A stretch of 48,758 nucleotides of DNA from Halioglobus sp. (lineage in GTDB: Bacteria > Pseudomonadota > Gammaproteobacteria > Granulosicoccales > Granulosicoccaceae). The notes beneath the pieces are model-generated. The model did not search any database, was not told where the DNA came from, and saw only the letters and a program-made list of their open reading frames with translations. The stretch spans positions 1-48,758 of the forward strand of contig JBLHWG010000001.1 in the NCBI GenBank assembly GCA_047629055.1. The letters run 5' to 3'. How positions within the stretch are numbered: position 1 is the stretch's first letter; every line of letters starts with the position of its first letter. This document shows positions 19,476-30,805 of this stretch, piece by piece. Position numbers and translations under genes: made by a program.

Positions 19476-21736
19476 ATGGGCACGTTAGGAACCATTACAC
19501 GCAGGGCTTTTCTGGTCGCCTCAACAGCTGTTGTGGGCGGTGTCATATTTGGCACCTATAAATACAAGCAGCCAGTGGCCAACCCACTATTGGAGGGTGA
19601 TGATTCAGGCAATCCAGACTTCGCCAGTCTAAATCCTTACATTAAAATTGATCAGGATGGCGTTACAGTCATCACGCCTCGTGCGGAGATGGGTCAAGGC
19701 ATTCACAGTGCACTGGCCATGATGGTCGCCGAAGAATTGGACTTGGACTGGAAAACCATTAAGACTGAGCACGGTCCGGCCAGTAATAGCTACTCTGTTG
19801 GCATCATGATGGAATCCCTAGCGGGTCATCAATACGATCATAGTGCCTGGGCTGCACGTGTTCGACGTCTTTCGCATATTCCCGCAAAATTCCTGGGCCT
19901 TCAGATCACGGGCGGGTCCATGTCGACACCCGATGGTTTCATAAAAATGCGCAGTGCAGGTGCCAGTGCAAGAATGGTACTAACGCAAGCAGCAGCTGAG
20001 CAATGGGGCGTTGAAGCATCTCAGCTAAAAACTGAAGATGGTTTTGTAATCAATCCAGCCAACGGTGAAAAGCTAAGCTACATTGCCCTTGCTGTTAGAG
20101 CCTCTGAAATTAAAGCGCCGACTGAACCACCACTACGTGATCCTTCACAATGGCGCTACATGGGTAAGTCGGTACCGCGCCTTGACATACCGGCTAAAAC
20201 CAATGGCACCGCTGAATTTGCCATTGATGTAAAGCATGACGATATGCTGCATGCCACCGTCAAAATGAGCACACGATTTGGCGCAGGCATTAAGTCTGCC
20301 GACACTAGTATCGCAGAAGCAATGCCAGGCGTGATTAAAGTCATCAATCTGGATAACAAGGGCTTTGCAGTTATCGCCAACAATACCTGGCGTGCCTTTA
20401 AGGCCGCGAATGCTATCGAGGTTGAATGGGAAGCAGCCAGCTACCCTGCCACTCACACGGGAATCATGAAAGTCTATGAAGACAGCTTTGCGCAGAACCC
20501 AACGGCACTTTTGATGAAAAAGGTGATGTCGAACTTATCTTCGCAGATACTGGCCATCTAGTAGAAGCTGAGTATCGCTTGCCTCATCTGGCCCACTCCA
20601 CCATGGAGCCTATGAGTGCCGTTGCTCAGATCAAAGATGGGCGAGTTGATGTCTGGGCTGGCTCTCAAGCACCAACGGGGTCTCGCGATGCAATCATGGC
20701 AGTGGGAGAGCTTGAAGAAAGCAACGTCCATATCCACACCACCTATCTGGGCGGTGGTTTTGGACGCCGTTCTGAAACAGACTTTTCCGTCATTGCTTAC
20801 AAAATTGCGACTCAAACTGATGGCAAGCCCGTTAAAGTGACATGGTCGCGAGAAGAAGATATTCAACATGACTTCTATCGCCCGGCTGCAATTGCGCGAT
20901 TCAAAGGCGTTATGGGTGAGAAAAAGCCATTGGCATTAGACGTTCAAATCGCTAGTCCATCTATCATGCTCTCAATGTCAAAACGCGCGCCGTTCCCCGT
21001 CATGGGCGCCGACCCAATGATCGCTGAGGGAACCGCTGGGCAACCAGATGATATTGAAAACGTTCGTATACGAACTTACGCACCTGAGTTAGATATTCCT
21101 GTTGGGTTCTGGCGCTCCGTCGGTGCTTCCTACAATGGTTTTATCCACGAAAGTTTTATGGATGAGCTCGCAGCTAGCAAGGACCTTGACCCAATAGCCA
21201 TACGCTTAGAAATGTTCGGTAACCTAGCGCCCCCTGGCAACAATGTCGTTGCAAAGGTCGCTGAAATGGCAGGATGGAAAGGACGTAACAGCGCTAACGG
21301 TATCGGACGCGGCTTTGCATACACCTTGTCATTTGGTGCACACGCTGCCCAGATTATCGACGTCAGCATGACCGATAGTGGAATCAAGATTGATAGGGTT
21401 TATTGCGGCGTTGATGTTGGTGTAGCCATCGACCCACGCAATATTGAAGCGCAAATTCAGTCTGGAATAATTTACGGATTGACCTCGGCAATGAGTGGAG
21501 AAATCACCTTTGAAGATGGCAATGTGGTGCAGTCAAACTGTCACGAATACCCTGCTATGCGAATCAATCAGGCACCTGCAATTGAAGTGTTTTTTTTAGA
21601 AACTAATCCCAGGATTTCTGGTGTGGGAGAGCCAGGAACACCCCCTTCAATTCCTGCGCTAGCTAACGCAATATTTGCAGCTACAGGTCAACGAATCCGC
21701 GAATTGCCTATGAACAAGCATATTGATTTCGCCTGA
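19476..21736 (+). pseudogene. iorB: Molybdopterin-binding subunit (IorB/xanthine dehydrogenase family) split by a frameshift near 20490
   Basis: Part 1: Tat-like TRRAFL, RAEMGQG, QITGGS, DIPAKTNGTAEF. Part 2, in another frame: EPNGTFDEKGDVE...VEAEYRLPHLAHSTMEP, LGGGFGRR, WSREED, WRSVG, GVGEPGTPP. Confidence 0.8.
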
Positions 21737-21791
21737 GATATTCGTTGGTTTTACCGTTGCATCGTTTACAGCCGTAAAGTCAATCCAACCG

Positions 21792-22826
21792 TTATCTAGC
21801 CAACTCCGGATGCTCATACGCTTCAGGATATGACATCGGATAATACGGCCCCAAGGGTACGACGTTATTCCAAGATCTACCAAAGTATCCTTGCTTGCAA
21901 TGATCCAGAGAGTTGCTTTGCGCCACCCCGGGTATCGCGTAGACGCGGCACAACCAGCGCCACAGGTTCGGAAAGTCTAGTATTTTTGCACCGTTGAGTT
22001 TCATGCGAACGTAATAGACTGGGTCGTGCCGATACAGCGTTGGAAACAAGCGTAGATCCGCTTCGGTAAATTTATCACTAGTGAGAAAAAGTCTGTTATC
22101 AGCTGCAAGCCTGGCCTCAAGGTTTGACAATGTGTTGAAATATGCTTCAAACGCAGTGGCATAAACACTCTGGTCAGAGGAAAATCCAGCCTTATAAGCA
22201 CCGTTATTAATGTGCGTATAAATAGTGGTGTTCAACGATTCGATGTCATTGCGCAAGACACTCTTATCTGGGTACAAATCTGGTCGATCAGCATTGGGTA
22301 TAGAACTTCCCAAAGCAGCTGCCTGATCGTTAAGCATTCGAATAATTTCGGCACTCTCGTTGCTGACAATACGATGGTTCTTTTTATCGTAAAGAACAGG
22401 TACTGACCCCTCATCTGAACCTTCAGCTGCATAGATTTGTTTTGCCAATCGATAGTTATTACCCGTTGCGGTCTCCATTGTGCACTCAGGCAATACTGCG
22501 CCAGTCAGGGTGGATAATCGCTTCGGGTTGAATTCCCAGAGATTCGCAGCAACAGGGTCATTATCGTTTGTTCTACTTGGAAACGCTACATCGAGGGTAA
22601 TGCTGTTTTGCAGCCCCAATACATTCCTGGCAAGTGTGACACGATGGCACCAGGGACAATTGAGGGCCACAAATAAATGATAGCGCCCGGGTTCTGACGG
22701 AAAGTGTGCATCACCTAAAGTATTACGAAACCCACTGACACCACGAACGAATTCGCCTTTTGCTCTGCGACTTCCCGCATTTGCCTGCGATTCCTCTTTA
22801 GATATATCATTGGATTTTCTTGTCAT
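21792..22826 (-). CDS. Glutathionyl-hydroquinone reductase / omega-like glutathione S-transferase (YqjG/ECM4 family)
   Basis: [62 protein letters not shown]. Confidence 0.88.
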   Translation of the reverse strand: MTRKSNDISKEESQANAGSRRAKGEFVRGVSGFRNTLGDAHFPSEPGRYHLFVALNCPWCHRVTLARNVLGLQNSITLDVAFPSRTNDNDPVAANLWEFNPKRLSTLTGAVLPECTMETATGNNYRLAKQIYAAEGSDEGSVPVLYDKKNHRIVSNESAEIIRMLNDQAAALGSSIPNADRPDLYPDKSVLRNDIESLNTTIYTHINNGAYKAGFSSDQSVYATAFEAYFNTLSNLEARLAADNRLFLTSDKFTEADLRLFPTLYRHDPVYYVRMKLNGAKILDFPNLWRWLCRVYAIPGVAQSNSLDHCKQGYFGRSWNNVVPLGPYYPMSYPEAYEHPELAR

Positions 22827-23030
22827 AAACTATTTCTCAACCGCGTAGTCGGTGGTGCAAAATTATCGGCACCGCCAGCTCTTCCTTAGTAAAATTGGCA
22901 GCATTTGATTTTTTAGTCAAAATGCCACTAGACTTAAACTGTATAGCGTTACAATTTTTTGAACAGATATGAGGGATTCCCATTTACGCGTTATTTCTCC
23001 GCGGAGTAATTCTCTAGCTTTGAAGCAGTA

Positions 23031-24611
23031 TCAACTAGCACAAACGTGCAATTTCTCCAACACCTGCGCAAATCTTTGATTGATATCTGCAGCTGAATTG
23101 GCGGTTGCAGCTATATAGAAATCTGGTCGTAATATGAAGTACTTTGACTCAATTGAAGCCAACCACGTAGCGTAGGTGCCGTCCACATCAATGGCATCAC
23201 AGTCGCTACCAGGTGCACCAATTTTTATGGTTTTTCCGTCAAGATATTTCAAGGTACCAAGCTGTTGTTTACTTAGCGCATCGGTCGGGTCAACATCCAA
23301 CCCCACTACCATCCAGCCCTGCCCTACTATCTGATCAAATCGATCGCGTTCCCCATCAACCTCGACAAAACCTTGGGTTGATAGCTCACCTGCTCCAGGC
23401 GTGTCTTCGCACCAAACACCAGACCCTAGATGCACAAGATCTCCGGTGATAGGCTCATGGTTACGGGCAGCCAGTTCCGCTTTCATAGAGCGATCACGCT
23501 CAGCAGCTTCCTTTTCATCCGTAATGCATATTATTTTGCCAAGCTGCTGACTGAAATCGATGTAGTGCTTAGCATGATGAATTCTTTCACTTTCATAGCT
23601 ATCAAGAACGGCATCGTCTAGCTTGCCCTCAACAATGGCATTCAAACGCCAACTCAGTGCCACCGCATCACGAAACCCGGCACACATACCCTCGCCTGCA
23701 AACGGCGGCATCAGATGCGCTGCATCACCTGCAATCATGCAGCGCTTAAGCCTCCATTGCTCAGCCCATCGTGCCTGAAAGCGGTATACAGCACTGCGTT
23801 CCAACGTGGCATTGTCCGGATGTATACCCCAAGGCACTAGAAGCTTCCAGGCACTCGCAGGTTTAGCAATTTCCTCAGACGATTCACCAGGCAGAACCAT
23901 GAATTCCCATCGTCGCCTGCCGGGACCACCAGGCACCAGAGTTGTGGGTCTTTTTGGATCACACAGTTGCCACTGCGCCGGAGACATCTTGTATTCATCA
24001 CTAGGCACCATATCGAGAATTAGCCAGTCGAAAAAATAGCCTTTGTCGATAAACCCTATACCGAGCTGGTTGCGAACAAAACTATTCGCCCCGTCGCAGC
24101 CAACTAAATAGCTAGCGTTTAATTTTTGCGATTTGCCGTCAGGTCCGTGTATCTCTTTCGTTTCCTGCAACCCAACAGATACTCTGTTTTCATTCTGCTC
24201 GATGGAGACTGCTTCCCAGCCGCGAATCAAATTAATAGACGGGATTGTCGCGGCAATGGCCAACAACCGAGTTTCAAGCTCCGGCTGATTGAACCAATAG
24301 GTGACCCTCCAGCCAGAGGATGAAACACTTTTCCAATCTACAATTTGTAAATCTTCTAGATCAGCATTTTTCCAATAGTAGAGTTCTTCATGATACTGAA
24401 TGGCTGGGTCGTTATCACAGTCGATACCGAAGGTTGCGAGAATGCGCGCGACTTCGTGATCCATAGTCACCGCTCGAGGGCGATCGTATATCGTTGGCCA
24501 GCGCTCAACCAGAGTTACTCGCTTGCCTTTGTTACCGAGAAGAATCGCAAGCAGGGTTCCAACAGGCCCTGCTCCGATAATGGCAACGTCTGTATCAGGT
24601 AAAGAATTCAT
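23031..24611 (-). CDS. FAD-dependent aromatic monooxygenase, MhpA-like (3-hydroxyphenylpropionate hydroxylase family)
   Basis: GAGPVG, PRAVTMDHEVARIL, FNQPELE, VGCDGANSFVR, RRRWEF, AGDAAHLMPPFAGEGMCAGFRDA, C-terminal LRPDFY. Confidence 0.88.
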   Translation of the reverse strand: MNSLPDTDVAIIGAGPVGTLLAILLGNKGKRVTLVERWPTIYDRPRAVTMDHEVARILATFGIDCDNDPAIQYHEELYYWKNADLEDLQIVDWKSVSSSGWRVTYWFNQPELETRLLAIAATIPSINLIRGWEAVSIEQNENRVSVGLQETKEIHGPDGKSQKLNASYLVGCDGANSFVRNQLGIGFIDKGYFFDWLILDMVPSDEYKMSPAQWQLCDPKRPTTLVPGGPGRRRWEFMVLPGESSEEIAKPASAWKLLVPWGIHPDNATLERSAVYRFQARWAEQWRLKRCMIAGDAAHLMPPFAGEGMCAGFRDAVALSWRLNAIVEGKLDDAVLDSYESERIHHAKHYIDFSQQLGKIICITDEKEAAERDRSMKAELAARNHEPITGDLVHLGSGVWCEDTPGAGELSTQGFVEVDGERDRFDQIVGQGWMVVGLDVDPTDALSKQQLGTLKYLDGKTIKIGAPGSDCDAIDVDGTYATWLASIESKYFILRPDFYIAATANSAADINQRFAQVLEKLHVCAS

Positions 24612-24635
24612 GGTATAAAAAAACGTTGGGAATCT

Positions 24636-25454
24636 CTAGATCAAAGCAAAGATGCGAGCTGGACCACCTGTGCCGCCCTTATGCTTTGGCGCACCGATAA
24701 CCAGCGTCGCTCCTGCCGCAGGTACTTTGTCCAGATTGGCAAGATTCTCTATTCCGAATCGACCCGTAGGCAACCATGCATAGTGAGAAGCAAAATCAGC
24801 GGAGATACCGTGATCTAGCGACAACGTATCCACAGCGATTGACGCTGCTGCGGTTTCTTCCAACAGCATTTTAGTAGCCTCGACATGAAAGCCTGGATAG
24901 TGTTGTACTTCCCCATCGAAGCCGCGATAGTCCTCGCTTGCTACCTTGGATGCCCAGCCAGAATGCATCGCAACACAGGCGTGTGCGGGGATGTCTCCAT
25001 TAGCGGCAATCCAGGCCTTGATGTCATCTGGAGTTACTTGTGCATCTGCATTACCTTCCGCACGTGCAGCGATATCTATCACGCAAAGTGGAGCGATGAG
25101 ATTACTGACCTCGATCTCATCGACGGACAGACCATCGGCAGAAAAGTGTAATGGTGCATCGATATGCGTGCCGGTATGTTCGTTAACTGTGTAATTGAAC
25201 AAATTGAAGGAATGTTCAGCGTAGTTGAATACTTGCTCCATGCTGAACCCAGACTCACCAAAATAAGTCGGAAATTCCGAGCCCAGCGTGTGAGTCATAT
25301 CCTCAACCATCCCATGGCCGGCTGCCATAGCGGGTGTCGCAGATATGGTAGAACCTACTGCTGCAGCTGCACCAATAGCAGCCCCCGTTTTGAAAAAACT
25401 GCGACGCGACAGCATCTTGTTTTTAACCGCATTCATTACGCAGATATCACACAT
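24636..25454 (-). CDS. Cyclase/kynurenine formamidase-family metal hydrolase with Tat signal
   Basis: HTGTHIDAPLHF, YPGF, VDTLSLD, IENLANL, GGTGGPARIFA; signal SRRSFFK. Start placed at ATG 25454 with a GGGAG RBS. Confidence 0.88.
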   Translation of the reverse strand: MCDICVMNAVKNKMLSRRSFFKTGAAIGAAAAVGSTISATPAMAAGHGMVEDMTHTLGSEFPTYFGESGFSMEQVFNYAEHSFNLFNYTVNEHTGTHIDAPLHFSADGLSVDEIEVSNLIAPLCVIDIAARAEGNADAQVTPDDIKAWIAANGDIPAHACVAMHSGWASKVASEDYRGFDGEVQHYPGFHVEATKMLLEETAAASIAVDTLSLDHGISADFASHYAWLPTGRFGIENLANLDKVPAAGATLVIGAPKHKGGTGGPARIFALI

Positions 25455-25872
25455 ACTTTTTCTCCCTATCAATTGAGTGAATTTGATCTCTGCCTTCCCA
25501 GAGTGCCTAAGAGCGTGTCATGCTCAGCTGGAGAAAATTCCTGGCACGATCAGAACGCTCAGTTTGCCACGAGCACCCACCACTAGGGAAGTACTAAGAT
25601 TTAGTTGTCAGATGCGACCGGAGCCATGAAAGCAAAAGCCAGCGCAGCTCTTGATAGGGGTGATTTTCTTAGGAGTCGAGTGCATGCATCAAAGCACGGT
25701 TGATCAACTACGGCAAAACTGTTGCCAGCTAGGATGTGATTCTGTAGTAAAGCCTGGCACTAATTGAATCAACTAGCGCAAATTGGCGGCACTTAATTAG
25801 ATTTGATCTAAAAACATACTTCTGCGGCGTATGCACCGGCCAATCATTAGCCAGTGCAGCTGCCACACTATT

Positions 25873-26985
25873 TTATAAAGCTTCGGAAATCGGAAAATAG
25901 TCGTATCCTAATGCGTCACTCACCGCCTTGTAGGTTACCTTTCCCTGATGAACGTTAAGACCATTACCTAGGTGCTTGTCCTCCAGCAATGCCTGCTTTG
26001 CTCCTTTGTTTGCCAGAGCTATCGCAAAAGGCAGAGTGACATTATTAAGAGCCATCGTTGATGTGCGTGCCACTGCTCCAGGCATGTTGGCAACACAGTA
26101 ATGCACAACCCCGTCAACTACGTAAGTGGGGTCAGCGTGAGTGGTAGCTTTGGATGTTTCGAAACATCCACCCTGGTCAATGGCGACGTCAACGACAACA
26201 CTGCCTTGTTTCATCCTACTGATAATGTCACGAGTCAACAATTTAGGCGCAGCCGCACCTGGCACCAGAACCGCACCAATCACCATGTCAGAGGCAAGCG
26301 AATGCTCCTCAATGGCTGCCAAGGTAGAATATACGCACTTGATCCTACCCTGATAATGATTGTCTAACCAGCGCAAGCGTTCAATCGAACGATCCAGAAT
26401 GGTGACATCAGCCCCCATACCAACAGCTATGGAAGCTGCATTGTGCCCAACGATACCACCACCGATGACCGTTACCTTAGCCGGCTCAACCCCTGGCACA
26501 CCACCCAACAAAACACCTCGACCACCCTGAGCTTTTTCAAGGACATGAGCGCCAGCTTGTGGAGCAAGACGACCAGCGACTTCACTCATCGGCGCTAGCA
26601 AGGGAAGTCCGCCAGTAGCATCAGTCACTGTTTCGTAAGCAATGCAGGTCGCTCCTGATTTAATCAGCGCTGCCGTTTGATCCCGATCAGGTGCTAGGTG
26701 GAGATAGGTATACAGAACCTGTCCTTGGCGAAGCATCTTGCATTCGTTTGCTTGAGGTTCTTTCACCTTGATAATCATTTCGGCTGCGGCAAAAATCTCT
26801 GTCGCGCTATCACTAATGCGCGCACCAGCTGCAATATAGTCTTCGTTTTCGAAGCCTATCCCAGCGCCAGCATTGGATTCAACAACAACTTCATGACCAT
26901 GCTTAACCAGCTCCTGAGTTGAAGCAGGAGTCAGCCCTACACGATACTCGTGATTCTTAATTTCCTTCGGAACACCTATTAACAT
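25873..26985 (-). CDS. ald: Alanine dehydrogenase
   Basis: [64 protein letters not shown]. Confidence 0.97.
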   Translation of the reverse strand: MLIGVPKEIKNHEYRVGLTPASTQELVKHGHEVVVESNAGAGIGFENEDYIAAGARISDSATEIFAAAEMIIKVKEPQANECKMLRQGQVLYTYLHLAPDRDQTAALIKSGATCIAYETVTDATGGLPLLAPMSEVAGRLAPQAGAHVLEKAQGGRGVLLGGVPGVEPAKVTVIGGGIVGHNAASIAVGMGADVTILDRSIERLRWLDNHYQGRIKCVYSTLAAIEEHSLASDMVIGAVLVPGAAAPKLLTRDIISRMKQGSVVVDVAIDQGGCFETSKATTHADPTYVVDGVVHYCVANMPGAVARTSTMALNNVTLPFAIALANKGAKQALLEDKHLGNGLNVHQGKVTYKAVSDALGYDYFPISEAL

Positions 26986-27136
26986 GACGGATTCTCTTCA
27001 ATATCACTAGAGTGGAAACTTCGATATTAGGTATATATCAGCAGTTTTATTTCTGTATATTGAGATATATACAGATGTATCAACTAAATGTTTTGCATTA
27101 TTCAGGTAATGGTACTGAAAACAACTGGAAACTCCC

Positions 27137-27613
27137 ATGTCGAAGAGCCCCAGAGATTTAAACCGAATCGATCGCCACATTTTGAGAATACTGCAGGACG
27201 ATGGCCGTATCACATATGCCGATTTAGCGCGCCAGGTCGGACTAACTACTACACCGTGTATCGACCGGGTTAAACGGCTCGAACGAGAAGGCTTTATTCG
27301 GGGCTACTCAGCCAGGGTTGAACCGGAATACCTCGATGCGGGGCTTATTATCTTCATTCAAATAAAATTGGATCGAACTTCAAAGAATAGCTTTGACAAC
27401 TTTCGAACTGACGCAGTAAATTTGCAGCAAGTACAAGAGTGCTACCTGGTATCTGGAAATTTCGACTATTTGCTTAAAGTACGCGTGGCCGATATGGCTG
27501 CCTATAGAGAGTTTCTTGGTGAGACACTTTTAAGCGTACCGGGTGTACGGGAGTCCACCAGCACAGTGGTGATGGAAGCGGTTAAGGAGACGTTGAAGAT
27601 TGCGGTTCCTTAA
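27137..27613 (+). CDS. Lrp/AsnC regulator (AldR/Lrp-like), divergent from ald
   Basis: IDRHILRILQDDGRI, RVKRLEREGFIRGY, ECYLVSGNFDYLLKVRV, VVMEAVKE. Confidence 0.93.
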   Translation: MSKSPRDLNRIDRHILRILQDDGRITYADLARQVGLTTTPCIDRVKRLEREGFIRGYSARVEPEYLDAGLIIFIQIKLDRTSKNSFDNFRTDAVNLQQVQECYLVSGNFDYLLKVRVADMAAYREFLGETLLSVPGVRESTSTVVMEAVKETLKIAVP

Positions 27614-27660
27614 ACTGATGAGTTGCGAGTTTCAATAGGCGCGCAGACCCAAACTGACTG

Positions 27661-28953
27661 TCAAAGCTTGGAGCCTGCAGAAATGGTGGGCTCTGCAGCA
27701 TTCAACGATTCCTTTGCAAATCCTGCAGCAGCTTTATAACGAGCCATAAATTCCTGACGCTCATCAGCGGGAATGACATCGTCGATGTTATCGAATACCC
27801 CACCGCAACGTTCATGTAGCATGTTTAATAGTCCAAACGGGCCAGACCCGCGGTTACGAAGCACCAACTCAGAAATTGGCCCGCATAGCTCATCGTCGTA
27901 GGCCTTTAGCGCAATTGGTGTCACGCCATGCTCGAGCATCTTCGCGCCAAGAACCCTGCTATCAACGATGGCCTGACTCGCACCATTTGAACCTGTGGGA
28001 TACATCGCATGGGCTGCATCGCCCATGAGCGCAACCGGACCGTCCACCCACGTTGGCACAGGGTCACGATCTATCATCGGGTTTTCAAATGCACAATCAG
28101 TACGTCGCAACATATCCGGGACATCCAGCCAGTCATAGCGAAAGGATTCGAAGTGATGAATAAATTTATCCACCGGTACCGGTCTGAACCAGCCTTCCTG
28201 TTGCCAACCGTGTTCAGGGTCAACGGTAACTTCGGCTATCCAGTTCGCTAGCACATTGCCATCGGAATCTGGGTGCGATATGGGGTAGATCACCATCCTG
28301 GTTTGGTGCGTCCCAAGCCCGACAAATGACGAAGAAGTGCGCAAGGGTTTAGTACGGACTGTGCCCCGCCACATGATCGCTCCACCCCATTGAATGGGAG
28401 GCTGTTGCGGATACATTTGTGCTCGGACGGCCGAGTGAATACCATCTGCACCAATCAGCAAGCTGCCTTGCAATTCACTCTTTTTTCCTGCCGTGCTACT
28501 CAGCGTTACTACAACACACGAATCGTTATTGATGTAGCCCGTGACCTTCTCACCCAAACGTACGGCATCTGTCCCGAGACGCTCAATCACCTTCCGATAC
28601 AACAGCATATGCAGTTCACCACGATGCACGGCGTACTGAGGCCACTTGTAACCGGCTTCCAACCCACGAGGTTCAGCGTAGACTTCTCTGCCGTTAAGAC
28701 CTACTAAAGCCCATTCAAGCGCGGGCAATCCCACAGTATCTAATTCCTCGCTACCAATATTCAGATCAAAGAGCTCTCGTACCGCATTGGGTTGAATGTT
28801 GATACCGACACCCATCGGTAGCATTTCTCGCGAAGCCTCAACAACGATGCAAGGCAATCCGATTTGATGGAGGGTCAAGGCCATTACCAAGCCTCCGATG
28901 CCACCTCCTGCAATGATCACTTGTTTGTCATTCATAGATTGCGCTTGGTTCAC
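27661..28953 (-). CDS. Flavin-dependent monooxygenase, PhzS/salicylate hydroxylase-like
   Basis: IAGGGIGGL, GVGINIQP, EPRGLEAGYKWPQYAVHRGEL, GADGIHSAVR, PMIDRDP, GDAAHAMYPTGSNGASQA. Alternative start ATG 28935. Confidence 0.87.
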   Translation of the reverse strand: MNQAQSMNDKQVIIAGGGIGGLVMALTLHQIGLPCIVVEASREMLPMGVGINIQPNAVRELFDLNIGSEELDTVGLPALEWALVGLNGREVYAEPRGLEAGYKWPQYAVHRGELHMLLYRKVIERLGTDAVRLGEKVTGYINNDSCVVVTLSSTAGKKSELQGSLLIGADGIHSAVRAQMYPQQPPIQWGGAIMWRGTVRTKPLRTSSSFVGLGTHQTRMVIYPISHPDSDGNVLANWIAEVTVDPEHGWQQEGWFRPVPVDKFIHHFESFRYDWLDVPDMLRRTDCAFENPMIDRDPVPTWVDGPVALMGDAAHAMYPTGSNGASQAIVDSRVLGAKMLEHGVTPIALKAYDDELCGPISELVLRNRGSGPFGLLNMLHERCGGVFDNIDDVIPADERQEFMARYKAAAGFAKESLNAAEPTISAGSKL

Positions 28954-29000
28954 GGCATCGTCTCGGGTTACCCGCCAATATCCGGATTATCTACGAAGGA

Positions 29001-29822
29001 TCAGGGAAACGATAAGGCGTCTTCTGGTGAAGGCGGTGCGAATGAATACCCTCCCCACACTGATTGATCAAAATTGACTACTGAACCTGTCATCATGCCG
29101 GCATCTTCAGAGGCGAGAAAGCAAACGGCTTTGGCTACTTCTTCTGGCGCGAGCAATCGCCCGAAAGGTTGTTCTGCCGCAGCAGTTTCTAACCAGTTTT
29201 CATCCACATTGTGGTATTCAGTTTGTATGCGGTGTTCGCCATCGGAAGCCATCCAACCAATATTCAACTGATTAACCCGAATGCGATTACGCATAGCTGC
29301 ATACGCTGTGTTGCGTGTTAGCGTCGCAAGAGCACCTTTGGAGCCACAATAAGATGCAATAAAGGGCTGACCTGCTAAAGCCGACGTCGAACCAATGTTG
29401 ACTATGGCTCCTTCTGTTTTTTCTCGAAGCATGATTTTAATACAATCTTGCATTAAGAAAAATGGCGCTCGCGTGTTGATAGCGAACATACGATCGAACA
29501 AGGCTTCACTGGTATCCAGAATTCCGCCTCTATCTGTTAAGCCTGCAGCATTAACTAATATGTCTATTTGGCCATACTGTTTATCTGCCGCCGAAACAAC
29601 GGCTCGACAATCAGCGACTGATTCCAGATCCGCCTTAACGAAATGCACAGGACATTGAGTGTCGTCAGTTATAGACGTCGCAACGGCTTCACCGTTTGCA
29701 GAGTTTCGCCCACACGTAACAATGCCGTGAGCCCCAGCCAACGCAAACGTACGAGCGATGGCTGCTCCCAAGCCTTGTGTACCACCTGTTACAACGGCAA
29801 TCTTGCCTGTTAATGAATTCAT
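29001..29822 (-). CDS. Short-chain dehydrogenase/reductase
   Basis: TGGTQGLG, LVNAAG, IVNIGS, catalytic YCGSK. Confidence 0.93.
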   Translation of the reverse strand: MNSLTGKIAVVTGGTQGLGAAIARTFALAGAHGIVTCGRNSANGEAVATSITDDTQCPVHFVKADLESVADCRAVVSAADKQYGQIDILVNAAGLTDRGGILDTSEALFDRMFAINTRAPFFLMQDCIKIMLREKTEGAIVNIGSTSALAGQPFIASYCGSKGALATLTRNTAYAAMRNRIRVNQLNIGWMASDGEHRIQTEYHNVDENWLETAAAEQPFGRLLAPEEVAKAVCFLASEDAGMMTGSVVNFDQSVWGGYSFAPPSPEDALSFP

Positions 29823-29857
29823 ATCATGTAGTAGAGTGGTTGATGTTGAAATTTATT

Positions 29858-30805
29858 TTAACCCGATAGCAACTCACCTTTCCAATTGCCCTCCTGCACC
29901 TCTTCCTTCAATAATTCATGCAGCGTGTCATAAGTGACTTTCGCAGCATTCGACAAGGGTCGGCTAGAAGGAATGGCCAACGAGATAATTCTTGACAGCT
30001 CCGGTTCGACGATCCGTCGAGCATCGATGCTGCCGTCTTCCCACATGGAGTGTATGGCCGGCCAACCTATAACGAGCGAACCCAAACCCGTCCTGACAAG
30101 ACTCAGTATCGTTAACAAAGATTGTTGCTCATAGCGGACAGTGAGCTTATGACCACTTCGGCTGGCTGCTTCTTCAACCATTCGACGCAGATGCACACGT
30201 CTATTGGGCATCACCAAATCCAGCCCGACAATATCTTTAAACGCGATGTCGCTCATGTCCGCATGGTCGCTCTTGCGCTTTGACACCAAAAATAGATTTT
30301 CTTCTAGCACCGCTTGAACGCGAGCACCTGACAACGCTTCTGCGTGGGCTACGAGTCCAAAGCTCACTTGAGCACTTTCAATGACATCACCTGTCTGGTA
30401 GCCCAATCCATCTAGTATGGAGACAATCACATCTGGGAAGCGAGTGCTCATCCGCTGTACCAGCTTAGGACCGATCATCGATGCAGATCCAACACTAAGC
30501 GCGACACGTACTTCGCCACTAGGTTCCATCGAGCCTTGCTGCACATCACTTATCGCCAGCTCTAATTGATCTAATATCGACCGTGCATGCACGTAAAACC
30601 GCTTACCTGCAGACGTTGGGGTTGCTCCTCGACTTTCGCGGCGGAGCAGTTTCTTATCCAGTTCTTGCTCAAGTATGATTATCTGTCGGCTTAACGCTGG
30701 CTGAGCCACATCCAGTTCACGGGCAGCAGCAACAAAACTGCCTGCTTCCACAATGGCAACAAAGTATCGTATTTGGACGAGTTTCAATGCATTTACTGAT
30801 GCCAT
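29858..30805 (-). CDS. LysR-family regulator (Nac-like)
   Basis: YFVAIVEAGSFVAAARELDVAQPALSRQI HTH followed by a LysR substrate-binding domain. Confidence 0.93.
   Translation of the reverse strand: MASVNALKLVQIRYFVAIVEAGSFVAAARELDVAQPALSRQIIILEQELDKKLLRRESRGATPTSAGKRFYVHARSILDQLELAISDVQQGSMEPSGEVRVALSVGSASMIGPKLVQRMSTRFPDVIVSILDGLGYQTGDVIESAQVSFGLVAHAEALSGARVQAVLEENLFLVSKRKSDHADMSDIAFKDIVGLDLVMPNRRVHLRRMVEEAASRSGHKLTVRYEQQSLLTILSLVRTGLGSLVIGWPAIHSMWEDGSIDARRIVEPELSRIISLAIPSSRPLSNAAKVTYDTLHELLKEEVQEGNWKGELLSG

Noticed and set aside
25455-25600. Glycine or c-di-GMP riboswitch upstream of the cyclase (CTCTTAGG, ACTCTGG and GGCAAAC words on the minus strand)
   Set aside because: Only isolated words match; the required stems and other conserved segments are not evident.
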